A stretch of DNA of 54,850 nucleotides from the NCBI GenBank assembly GCA_038087875.1, contig JAXLNO010000442.1:1-54850 (forward strand). Direction: 5' to 3'. Of the stretch, positions 1 to 10,584 are shown one piece after another. Source of the DNA: Malacoraja senta. Lineage: Eukaryota. A model generated the notes under the pieces. It was not told where the DNA came from. It searched no databases and saw only the letters and a list, made by a program, of their open reading frames with translations. The number at the start of each line of letters is the position of its first letter. Position 1 is the stretch's first letter. The position numbers and the translations under genes are program-made.

Positions 1-1316
1 CACAGCGTGGTCACCCTGTGGCTGAAATCAAAGCGTGACTCCGGTACAGAGGGTGGGTGGGATTTAGGCCCAGGCAAGGTTGAGGGCTGTTCTTCATCTA
101 CCACTCGGTATAAATGCCCGGCGTTGGCGATGGAACCCCATTGTTTAACTGTGTTACACTGTAGTGTGCAGGGCCAGAGGGGTTAGCTGGGACTTGGGAG
201 TGAGGTGGGGAGGGTTTATAAGGTAAGCTGGTCCAAGGGCGGTGGGCTGCAGTCGTCCCTTGGTCTGTGCCACTCCCATCAGTTATACTTTCTTCCCCGA
301 CTTGCTCTTTAGAATCTTACAGTATTAAAACCAAACCAAAACTCGGGAGAAACGCTAGCTGGGAATGTATCCCGAGTCTGAACCCTTTACCCGAAACAGA
401 TTGGATGGCAACTTCCGACAGGGAATGGGATACGTTCCTGAAAGGGGTGAAAATGCGCGGCAGGGTGGAGTGGTTGATCAGAGGGGGGGGGGGGGCGCGA
501 TGGACCGATCGGCCTCCCCGCACCTTTACTTTGAACTGGAAGACAACACGAACAGGCGGCCACACTCAGTTGCTCTTTCCCTGGGTTAAAAATCGCAGGT
601 GCCCACGGATGGGGGCCAGAATAGTTCCATCGTTCCACTGTCTCTGAGGCCTCAAGAGGTCCACGTACCAGGGGACGGCGGGGTGGTTTGTGTGGAGAGC
701 CGACTGTTAGATATCCAATTGCAGGCAGTGATGGCTGCTATTTTGTTGTATCTATTTTATCAATAAATTTTGTTTCCGCAAAGGCAAATCGCCCACCTCT
801 GCTTTCTGTCTAAGCTGCCAATATCTCCCCACGGATGGTGAGTGTCTTATTCCCCGCCACACCCACATGTATTGGACGGTAATGGGGTTAGCCATATGTG
901 ATTCCCATGCCACCTCGGGTGTCAGGGGTTATGGGGAGAAGGCAGGAGAATTGGGTTGAGAGGGAGAGATAGATCAGCCATGATTGAATGGCGGAGTGGA
1001 CTCGATGAGTTGAAATGCCTAATTCTGCTCCAATCACTTATTATATCAATCAATATCAGTTTTATTCGTCACTTGCACATAAAGTGCAAGTGAAATGAAT
1101 TTGCCAGCAGCGGTGCAATGAAAAACAACACACAAAAACACAATAAAATTTTTCAGCACAAACATCCACCACAGCATTCATCACTGGTGGAAGGCACAAA
1201 ATTTGGCCAGTCCTCCATTTTCCCCCGTGGTCGGGACCTCAACCCTCCGCAGCCGCTGTCCAGACAAGGCAAAGTCCAGGTAAGTCCAGAATCGGTGCTG
1301 CCCAACGGCTTCAGGT

Positions 1317-1631
1317 TGGCGCAATGGGCTAAGTGTTCGGCTGGCAACCGGAAGGTAGCCGGTTCGAATCCCGCTTGGAGTGCATACTGTCGTGTCCTTG
1401 GGCAAGACACTTCACCCACCTTTGCCTGTGTGTGAGTGATTGGTGGTGGTCGGAGGGGCCGTAGGCGCAGTTTAGCAGCCACGCTTCCGTCAGTCTGCCC
1501 CAGGGCAGCTGTGGCTACAGAAGTAGCTCACCACCACCGAGTGTGACTGAGGAGTGAATGAATAATGCGATGTAAAGCGCCTTGAGTATTAGAAAGGCGC
1601 TATATAAATCCCATCCATTATTATTATTATT
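1317..1631 (+). mobile_element. tRNA-derived SINE with L2-like tail, copy 1
   Basis: A box TGGCGCAATGG, B box GGTTCGAATCC, tail GTAAAGCGCCTTGAG...AAGGCGCTATATAAAT then (TTA)n; near-identical to 20682-21024. Confidence 0.85.
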
Positions 1632-2404
1632 AGGTTGTTGTAGGCCGCAGGCCGGCAGTCGAAGATTTAAAGTTCCCGCCACACCACAGCCAGATGCACT
1701 GCAGACTGCGGGGCCGGCGGTCAGAGCCCCTCTCCAGGGGTCCCCAGCGAGGGATCCCAGGCTCTGGACGCCGCGCCAGCTGGAGCTCCGCAGACGGCGA
1801 CTTCAGGCTGCCGCGGGCCAGCGAACGGAGCGCTCCCCTCCATATTAACTTATGGAACTGCAGGTGCTGGTTTACAAAAATGAGACAAGTGCTTGAGTAA
1901 CTCAGCGTGTCCGGCAGCATCTCTGGAGAGCGTGGATTGGTGTCGTTTTGGGTCGGGTCCCTTCTTCAGACTGCAAAAGTCAACTTTTAATCTCTGTCTT
2001 CACATGATCCATACCCCTTCATTCCTGGAATATCCATATGCCGTGTGGGTTTTCTCTGGGTGCTTAGGTTTCCTTCCACACTCCAAACATGTGCAGGTTT
2101 GTGAGTTAATTGGCACGGTAAAATCATAAAATTGTCCCCAGGGTTAGAGTACAGGGCGATCGCTGGTCAGCATGGACTCGGTGGGCCGAAGAGCCTGTTT
2201 CCGCGCTGTATCTCTAAATTCTACACTAGGTTGAAGGTGAGAAAGTAAAGAGTTGATAGTAATGTGAGGGGTAACTTGTTCATACAAAGGGTAGGTGGGT
2301 GTATGGAACGAGCTGCCAGAAGAGGTAGTCGAGCCACGTACTAGTTCTATAGAGCTTTGTTTGTTACATTCGCAACTGCACAGTGAACTTCTTTTGATAT
2401 TATT

Positions 2405-2750
2405 GAGGTGTATAAAATCACAAGAGGAATATATTGTGTAGACGCACAGATTCTCTTGCCCAGAGTAGGGGAATCGAGGACCAGAGGACATAGGTTCAAG
2501 GTGAAGGGGAAAAGATTTAACAGGAATCTCAGGGGTAACTTTTTCCACACAGAGGGTGGTGGGTATATGGAACGAGCTGCCGGAGGAGGTAGTCGAGGCT
2601 GGGACTATCACAACGTTTAAGAAACAGTTAGACAGGTACATGGCTAGGACAGGTTTGGAGGGATATGGACCAAACGTGGGCAGGTGGGACTAGTGTAGAT
2701 GGGGCATGTTGGCCGGTGTGGGCAAGTTGGGCCTGTTTCCACGCTGCATC
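2405..2750 (+). mobile_element. CR1-like LINE 3' fragment
   Basis: YKITRGI...LPRVGESRTRGHRFKVKGKRFNRNLRGNFF. Confidence 0.8.
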
Positions 2751-3369
2751 ACTTCTTGTATAGGAAAGAACTGCAGATGCTGGTTTAAATCGAAGATATA
2801 CACAAAACGCTGGAGTAACTCAGCAGGACAGTCAGCATCTCTGGAAAGAATAAATGGGTGACGTTTCGGGTCGAGACCCTTTTCCAAACTGATCAGTTTG
2901 AAGAAGGGGGATAAAAATGCTGGAGAAACTCTGAAGAAGGGTCTTGACCCGAAACGTCACCCATTCCTTCTCTCCATAGATGCTGCCGCTGAGTTACTCC
3001 AGCACTTTGTATCTACCCTATATCACGTATCGAGTCCACATGACAGGATTGGAAATTGTTCAGCCAGACTTCTCGGCATCTGCATACATTGGCGCTTCTC
3101 GGGCATGGTGGCGGAAAGACTGGTGGCACAGCCATCAGGCTATTAAACACGATATCAAACAAGCTCTGAACAATAACAGTCTATTATTACTATTGCACTT
3201 TATCTGTTCATTTATTGTGTATATATATGGTTTATGGTATATAGACACACTGAACTTTTATCTCCTGTTCTGTAATATGTTTACATATGTTGTGCTGCAG
3301 CAAGCAAGAATTTCATTGTCCTATCTGGGACACATGACAATAAAACTCTTCTTCTTGCGTTTGAGGCAG

Positions 3370-3868
3370 CAGAGGTTATGTTATGCCCTCCAGGCGCTGC
3401 AGCCAGTGCTGTTGTCGAGGGCCGTGAGGTCTACCCCTCCACCAGGGGGGCGGAGGACAGCGCAGTCGAAAATGACGTGCTGCTGCGGTTTGCTGGTCCG
3501 CGCAGGCTGATGATGAACGCAGCCCCCAGCGATGCATGTTGGCGTTGAACCGGCCGACCCCTGTACGGAGCCGGTTCAGGGCGACCCACTCTTTGCAGGG
3601 GCAGGTCCGAGCCGGGTGGGGCTGCGGTGTTCGGTGCAACAGTGCATTGAGGAGGTCGCGAAGTCTGTTCCCAGCTGATTCTCCGTGCTCCTAGTGTGTT
3701 GAAACCGGAGCCACAGAGGGTCGCCGCGTGACGGGAGAAGGGGGCGACGAGATGACAGGCGTTGGGGGTCCCAGTTGCTGTGACTCCTGGACGAGGTGGT
3801 GCAAGGGGATGTTTGGCGTCCGATGGGGCCTTGCACACCAGCCCGTGGGCGAAGTACTCCCTGCGAAG
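3370..3868 (-). mobile_element. RTE/RTEX-like LINE 3' fragment
   Basis: [31 protein letters not shown] resembles non-LTR ORF2 C-terminus; frameshifted. Confidence 0.6.
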
Positions 3869-4107
3869 AAACACTTTTTCTCACAGAGAGTGGTGAGTCT
3901 GTGGAATTCTCTGCCTCAGAGGGCGGTGGAGGCCGGTTCTCTGGATGCTTTCAAGAGAGAGCTAGATAGGGCTCTTAAAGATAGCGGAGTCAGGGGATAT
4001 GGGGAGAAGGCAGGAACGGGGTACTGATTGGGGATGATCAGCCATGATCACATTGAATGGCGGTGCTGGCTCGAAGGGCCAAATGGCCTCCTCCTGCACC
4101 TATTGTC
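3866..4107 (+). mobile_element. CR1-like LINE 3' end
   Basis: KHFFSQRVVSLWNSLPQRAVEAGSLDAFKRELD plus CR1 tail. Confidence 0.88.
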
Positions 4108-4801
4108 AATTGCGAAGCTTGTCCGGCAGATCCGTCGGAGCAGAACGTAGGCAGCCGGCGACGATCCGCCGTTGAGGATGGCGTCCATCTTGCTAGTACG
4201 AGCGCTGCAGCACCATGCCGGCAGGGCGGCATACACGGCGGCGTCGTCGTACACCACGAGTGCGAGAGCACCGGTTCGGAGAGTCGATGTCCTGGCGCCC
4301 AGCGGCCATCCAGCCGAGCGACGCGGGAGGTTGTTTCGCGCCCAGACTTTCGCACTCTTGACTCGAAAGTGCGCCGCGCGACGTGAACGCTCTTTCATTG
4401 CCCCCCCCCCACCCCCCCGCCACCCTAAAAAAACAAACAATAGTTGTGCAATAATAACAACAATGTGATGACAATGGAGCCGGTCACAGATACACAGATA
4501 GTGGGGGTAACGTTGAGTGCAAGGTGGGGTCACCAGTCAGACAGACAGGGAACCACTGCTCGATGGTTGGGATTAAACTTGTAGAGAACCTGAGGAGATT
4601 TTAGTGGTTTTTTTTGTTTTTATTCATTCATTCCTTCGACGTGGGTGATCCATGGTGATATTTACCGCCCGCCGAGAATTTGAAGTGTCACCCGATCACC
4701 GAGGCGATTAAAGTCAACAGAAACACAAATGGATCATTTACCTCCATCGCTCCTCCTCCGGCGTCGACTGGCGCCCGCGGGGCGCTCGGAGGCGGGAAAG
4801 T

Positions 4802-5530
4802 CAGTGCGCAGGCGCTGGAGGACCAGGAGGCGAGGGGGAGAGCTCTAGTGCGCAGGCGCTGGAGGACCAAGGGGGGGGCGAGGGGGAGATAGCTCTACTG
4901 CGCAGGCGCTGGGGGTCCAAGAGGAGAGGGAGAGTTCTACCCAAAGGATCCTGTGGGACCGAGAGAGGGGGAGAGCTCTAGTGCGCAGGCGCTGGAGGAC
5001 CAGGAGGAGAGATGGAGCTCTAGTGCGCAGGCGCTGGAGGACCAGGAGGAGAGATGGAGCTCTAGTGCGCAGGCGCTGGAGGACCAGGAGGAGAGATGGA
5101 GCTCTAGTGCGCTGGCGCTGGAGGACCAGGAGGAGAGATGGAGCTCTAGTGCGCAGGCGCTGGAGGACCAGGAGGAGAGGGGGAGTGAGCTCTACTGCGC
5201 AGGCGGTCTAAGAGGGAGAGTTCTACCAACGATCCTATGGTTCTACTGCGCAGGCGCTGGGGGGGCAGGGTCCGAAAGGAGAGATGGAGCTCTGGTGCGC
5301 AGGCGCTGGAGGACCGGGAGGCGAGGGTTGAGCTCTAGTGCGCAGGCGCTGGAGGACCGGGAGGCGAGGGTTGAGCTCTAGTGCGCAGGCGCTGGAGGAC
5401 CAGGAGGCGAGGGTTGAGCTCTAGTGCGCAGGCGCTGGAGGACCAGGAGGAGAGATGGAGCTCTAGTGCGCAGGCGCTGGAGGACCAGGAGGCGAGGGTT
5501 GAGCTCTAGTGCGCAGGCGCTGGAGGACCA
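4802..5530. repeat. 42/43-bp minisatellite (GAGCTCTAGTGCGCAGGCGCTGGAGGACCAGGAGGAGAGATG), ~16 copies of the core, each NRF1-like
   Basis: Directly visible tandem units; also produces the repeated SSSAQALEDQEERW ORF. Confidence 0.9.
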
Positions 5531-6118
5531 GCGCGCAGACGGTCGCGGGCCGCGCGTGAGGCTGATTCCCTCCCGACCCCCTCCATTCACACAGAGACTT
5601 TTATTATTATCCGTGCAACGCCTCAGAAAACATTAACGAGGCGAAAGTAAAGGCAAAGAGTTCGAATCGGGTGCCCGCGGCGAAGGGGGGAGGCGGGGGA
5701 GGGGGAGGGGGAGGGGGAGAAGAAGCACCGTTTAAAAAAAAGAAGGGGGCATCGACGACTCCCCGTGCGCGCGCGCGCTCCCGCCACCGACGTCCTTTAC
5801 GCGCGCGCGACCCCCCCCCCCCCCCCCCCCCGCAGCCTCGGACGTTGTCCCCGGACGTGCGCGCTCCGACGTCGTCGGCGTCGCGCGCGGTCACGCGACC
5901 GCGGCGGTGTTTACTCCGGGCTGCGCGTGCGCGTGACTCGCTCTTGCTCGCTCCCGAGCGTGCGCGTGTGTGCGTGCGTCTTCTCCCGCGACAAACCTCT
6001 CAACCTCTCTCTCTACCCCCTACACACTTACCCTTCCCCTCCCCCCCCCCCCACACAAGGGAAGCGCGTCCCCCCACCAACCCTAGAGAAGCGCGTCCCC
6101 GCTCCCCACCCTGGGCCG

Positions 6119-6121
<3 letters not shown>

Positions 6122-6152
<31 letters not shown>
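6122..6152. repeat. (CA)n microsatellite just upstream of the RPRD2 ATG
   Basis: acacacac... run ending ~40 nt before the start codon. Confidence 0.95.
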
Positions 6153-6156
<4 letters not shown>

Positions 6157-6189
6157 GAAGTGGGAGGGAGGGAGGGAGGGGGCCCTAAG

Positions 6190-6436
6190 ATGGCGGCGGC
6201 TGTGGCAGCAGCCACGGCCTCCTCTGCTGCTGCTACTGGTGCTGCTGCTGGTGCTACTGGTGGTGGTGGTGGTGGGGGTGGTGGTAGCAGCAGTGGACTG
6301 GAGGCCACCCTGGACAAGAAGCTGCTGACCGTCTCCAACACGATGGACAGCATCCAGGGCCTGTCCTCCTGGATCCTGGACAACAAGAAGCACTACACCT
6401 CCATCGTCAGGCACTGGATGAAGTGCATGAGGAAAT
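6190..6436 (+). CDS. RPRD2: RPRD2 coding exon 1 (Ala/Gly-rich N-terminus, start of CTD-interacting domain, CID)
   Basis: ATG in AAGATGG context; MAAAVAAA...[46 protein letters not shown] resembles the vertebrate RPRD2 N-terminus; phase-1 donor GTGAGT at 6437. Confidence 0.95.
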
Positions 6437-6539
6437 GTGAGTGGGGGATTCTCGGGGGGGGAGGGGGAGGGGGAGGGCAGCACTGTGTCTGGTTTAACTC
6501 CTGGCTCCATATTGTGTGTATCCCACACACCGACCTTAG

Positions 6540-7160
6540 ATAGTCAAGTCAACTTTATTTGTCACAAGGTAGACAAAAATGCTGGAGAAACTCAGCGGGT
6601 GCAGCAGCATCTATGGAGCGAAGGAAATAGGCAACGAAACCCTTCTTCAGACTCATAGGGGGTGGGGAGAAGAACACTTTATTTGTCACAAGATGTGCAG
6701 TGAAATGCTTGCGGATTGTGCAAAAAGCAACAGAACATGTTAGAATTTCTTTTTTTTAAAGACACAACACAACAGTATTTGGCCCGAAACGTTGCCTATT
6801 TCCTTCGCTCCTTAGATGCTGCTGCACCCGCTGAGTTTCGCCAGCACTTTTGTCTACCAAAACAACAGTAAATTAGTCTCTGGTGAGATAAGAGTTTACA
6901 GTCCTGATGGCCTGTGGGAAGAAACTCCGTCTCATCTTTCCTGTTTTCGCAGCGTGACAGCGGAGGCGTTTGCCTGACCGTAGCAGCTGGAACAGTCCGT
7001 TGCTGGGGTGGTGGGGGTCCCCCATAATGTTGCTGGCTCTGGATCTGCACCTCCTGGTGTATAGGTCCTGCAGGGGGGGCGAGTGTAGTTCCCATAGTGC
7101 GTTCGGCCAAACGCACTACTCTGCAGAGCCTTCCTGTCCTGGGCAGAGCTGTTCCCAAAT
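6540..7160 (-). mobile_element. Rex1/Babar-like 3' fragment interrupted by Penelope-derived pieces
   Basis: Near-identical to 28315-28880; RVVRLAERTMGTTL remnants. Confidence 0.8.
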
Positions 7161-7539
7161 ATAGACACAAAATGCCATTGAAAAGAAATGGGTGACGTTT
7201 CGGATCGAGACCCTTCTTTGACCTGGTTCACACTGTAGATAGTATACACAAAATGCTGGAGTAACTGAGCGGAACAGGCAGTATCTCTGGATCCACTTGT
7301 TTTTCTCCTTCTCCAGTTACTCCAGCATTTTGTGTCCTCAGACCTGTTGACTATTTCGAGCGTTTTTTTTTTCTTTTTTACTTTATGCCTACAGTTTTTG
7401 GAAAGGAAATAACTCTGCTGGAGTGACAGATGGTGGCGGGGAGGATTGTGAAAAAAAGCTTGCACGCTGCATGCAAAACGCTGGGTGTGTGCAGAGATGT
7501 GCAACAATATGGAGCCGGGAGTTAGACAAACACAATGTG

Positions 7540-8356
7540 TGGGAAAGAACCGCAAATGCTGGTTTACACCGAACATACATAATGCTGGAGTAACTCAGCG
7601 GGTGAGGCAGCATCTCTGGAGAGAAGGTACACAAAAATGCTGGAGAAACTCAGCGGGTGCAGCAGCATCTATGGAGCGAAGGAAATAGGTAACGTTTCGG
7701 GCCGAAACCCTTCTTCAGACTGGCTTCGGGTTTCGGCCCGAAACGTTACCTATTTCCTTCGCTCCATAGATGCTGCTGCACCCGCTGAGTTTCTCCAGCA
7801 TTTTTGTGTACCTTCGATTTTCCAGCATCTGCAGTTCCTTCTTTAACTCTATGGAGAGAAGGAATGGGTGACGTTTCGGGTCGAGACCCTTCTTCAGACT
7901 GAGAGTCAGGGGTGAGAGAGTCTAGAGATATGGAAGGGGGAGGTGTGAAAATGACAGATCAAAGCAGACGGTGATCAAGGAAATGTAGAATGGTTCATTG
8001 TTGGCTGAGGCATACAAACAGTAACATTAATCAGGAGGACAGTGAAACTAGTCGGAGAACTAGGGTGGGGAGGGGTGGAGAGAAAGGGAAAGCAAGGGTT
8101 ACTTGAAGTTAGAGAAATCAATATTCATACTGCTGGGTTGTAAGCTGCCCGCACTGACCTTTCTGTCCTGGGCCTCCTTCACTGCTACAGTGAGGCCACA
8201 CGCAAATTGAAGGAACAGCACCTCATACTTGGGAAGCTTACTAATCGGTTCCTCAAGCTGCCTCTGAAGATGGGTACTGACCCGAAACGTCACCTATCCT
8301 TTTTCTCCAGAAATGCTGCCTGACCCGCTGAGTTACTCCAGTATTTTGTGTCTGTC
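7540..8356. mobile_element. Cluster of nested Penelope-derived pieces, including an 88-bp perfect inverted repeat (7623-7710 / 7728-7815)
   Basis: Terminal-repeat motifs in both orientations; GIY-YIG tail remnant SLQPSSMNIDFSNFK. Confidence 0.85.
7868..7899 (-). ncRNA. Minimal type I hammerhead ribozyme motif (representative intact copy; identical at 39126-39157)
   Basis: GU CUGAAGA A GGGU-CUCG-ACCC GAAA C GUC AC: both conserved core boxes, 4-bp stem II, palindromic ACGU in place of stem III. Confidence 0.72.
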
Positions 8357-9694
8357 TTACTAAGCAAGTATCTAGTCGATCCAATCCAGGTTGACAGTTG
8401 CCAAGAAAAATCCAAGTGGCTGGCATTCAGCATGTTCTTCTGTTTTACCAAAGGATGTGATTGTTCCAGTTAAACACCCTTCCTTTCTCTGCCTTTCTGC
8501 CTCGTCCCCATTTTTGGCCTGCCTTATTGGCAAATGATAAACAGCAGACAAGATTTTTAAAAGAATAGTTTTGGCAGTTAATTTTATAAATTGATAGCAA
8601 GTGACATGTAAAGCTTTGTGAAGCTGTGTTTCAAGCATGGTCCTTGACGGGGCTTGCATTGTTCACATCCATAGTCATAATTTCTGGTAAAACTAAAGGA
8701 AACTTTAATGCCATTTCTTTGTGCGGCTCTTTTCGAAGTGTCATTTCTGTTGTGATGTGTGGGGGGAAAGAATCTACAGACAATGTATATTTAAAAGCTG
8801 ATGGACTCCCAAGTCATTGCTAAATGAAATAAATTATGAAATTGGAATGGTTTATTAAGCGTAGTGCGTTTTAATTCTACTACGATGGCAGTGGCACAAT
8901 GTCACAGTGCTGAGGATGCCTGCTGGAGGTTCACCAGCTGAATGTTGCTCTTGTCAGTGTTGGTGATTGAAACTGGTGAATCAGCAGTTCAGATTCACTT
9001 GTGATTGCTGCTGGATAAACTATTCTCTCTGAATTTCACTTTGCTTTCTAATTGATAGTGTTATGGTTATTTAGTCAGCAGTGACTGAAGGGAATGGTTT
9101 CCCAAAGGCAAAGAAAGATCTGTATAATTAACTGTGTCATTCGCATAGCTAGCTTTGATGATTTTGCTTTGTTGGCAAGGCTGCATAATCTGCTATTAAT
9201 CCACAACAGCCTTAAAATTATTCCATACTATAATCTGGGTATGGGTCAATGCTGTTCCAACTGTTCTCCAATGATTTCCGTGATGTAAGATAGGGTGTTG
9301 TGTTGTGTCAGTCCCCAATAGGAACTTGTTTCTACATCTAAGGGTGAGTGGTAATTTGAGAATAAAGAAGGTGGGATGTTTTTGTATGTCATCTTGCTTT
9401 GCACATGGTGTTAAAGTAATTTGCGATATCAATGTATGACTGGACCCCAAGTTGTGAATTTGGTTGAGGGCAAATATGATAACATGGAAATATTAAATTG
9501 GCTTTAAGTCTCTGATTCATGGCTATTGAATTTGCACAAAACAAATTAAGTGTTGAATTTTAAGGAGATATACAAGGAACTGCAGATGTTGGTTTACAAA
9601 AAAAACGACACACGGTGATGGAGTAACTCAGCAGGTCAGTCGGCTTCTCTGGAGAACATGGATAGGTGACGTTTTGGGTCTTGACTCTGCTTCC

Positions 9695-9992
9695 GTCACC
9701 TTTCCATGTTCTCCAGAGGTGCTGCCTCACCCGCTGAGTTACTCCAGCACTCTGTGAAACGTCACCTATCCATGTTCCCCACAGATGCTGCCTGACCCGC
9801 TGAGTTACTCCAGCACTCTGTGAAACGTCACCTATCCATGTTCTCCACAGATGCTGCCTGACCCGCTGAGTTACTCCAGCACTCTGTGAAACGTCACCCA
9901 TCCATGTTCTCCAGAGATGCTGCCTCACCCGCTGAGTAACTCCAGCACTCTGAAACGTCACCAATCCATGTTCTCTGTTACTCCAGCACTTT
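9695..9992 (+). repeat. 66-bp tandem repeat derived from the Penelope terminal repeat (~4 units)
   Basis: GTGAAACGTCACCTATCCATGTTCTCCACAGATGCTGCCTGACCCGCTGAGTTACTCCAGCACTCT repeated; period 66 (9754, 9820). Confidence 0.9.
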
Positions 9993-10584
9993 GTGTCTTT
10001 AGTTGAATTTGAAGATCTTTTGTCCATTGCTTTGTGCAAGGCAGCTCATGTGAAAGCAGAGATTTTTTCTCATGATTTTGTTTTGGCACACCGTTCTGGT
10101 CAGCAGTCTGTGGTGGAACCTTTTGAAGAAATATTTACAAATAACTTGTTTTCAGCGGGACTGAAGAAAATCTTCCATTTAATATTGTGTAGTGGGGGCA
10201 CTTTGATCAACCTCTGTCACAGGAATTGGACACCTACTGAAAGTGACAATAAGTCCTTGGGTGAGAATAAGTTTGTACTTAGGACTTATGCCTCCTTGCA
10301 TTTGAAAGCTGGTCGCTATTTACTTTGCCAGTGTAAGGGAGTTTAATTACACCACTAATAACATTGAGAGACCAAAGATAGTGGAATAATGTGTTTTTTT
10401 CTGCAACTATGTGCTTTTTATGTTTGCAACGTGGATATAGGAAAATATATTGGAATTATTGGAATCACTGTGGTAGGCCGATTGGCCCTTTTCTATACAG
10501 TTATATTAATGTTTTCTTTAGCCAACTGCAGATGCTGCCAAACCGGCTGAGTTACTCCAACACTTTGTCTAAATCTAAATGGCG

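Larger units (their letters stand above)
4740..6480. promoter_or_regulatory. CpG-island-type promoter and first exon region of RPRD2
   Basis: High GC and CpG density around the first coding exon; G/C tracts; YY1-like AAGATGGCGGC overlapping the ATG (6187-6197); boundaries approximate. Confidence 0.8.

Noticed and set aside
1..915. Moderately GC-rich unique-looking sequence with several short ORFs
   Set aside because: No recognisable protein motif or consistent exon structure on either strand
1317..1380. tRNA gene (also at ~20692)
   Set aside because: A/B boxes continue into a ~300-bp body and LINE-like tail present twice, so this is a SINE head
4802..5530. CRISPR-like array or repeat-protein ORFs
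   Set aside because: Head-to-tail units without unique spacers, vertebrate context; the ORFs are by-products of the minisatellite
5671..6189. In-frame upstream extension of the 290-aa ORF containing RPRD2 exon 1
   Set aside because: Starts at a non-ATG codon, runs through low-complexity promoter/UTR sequence including (CA)n; homology starts at ATG 6190
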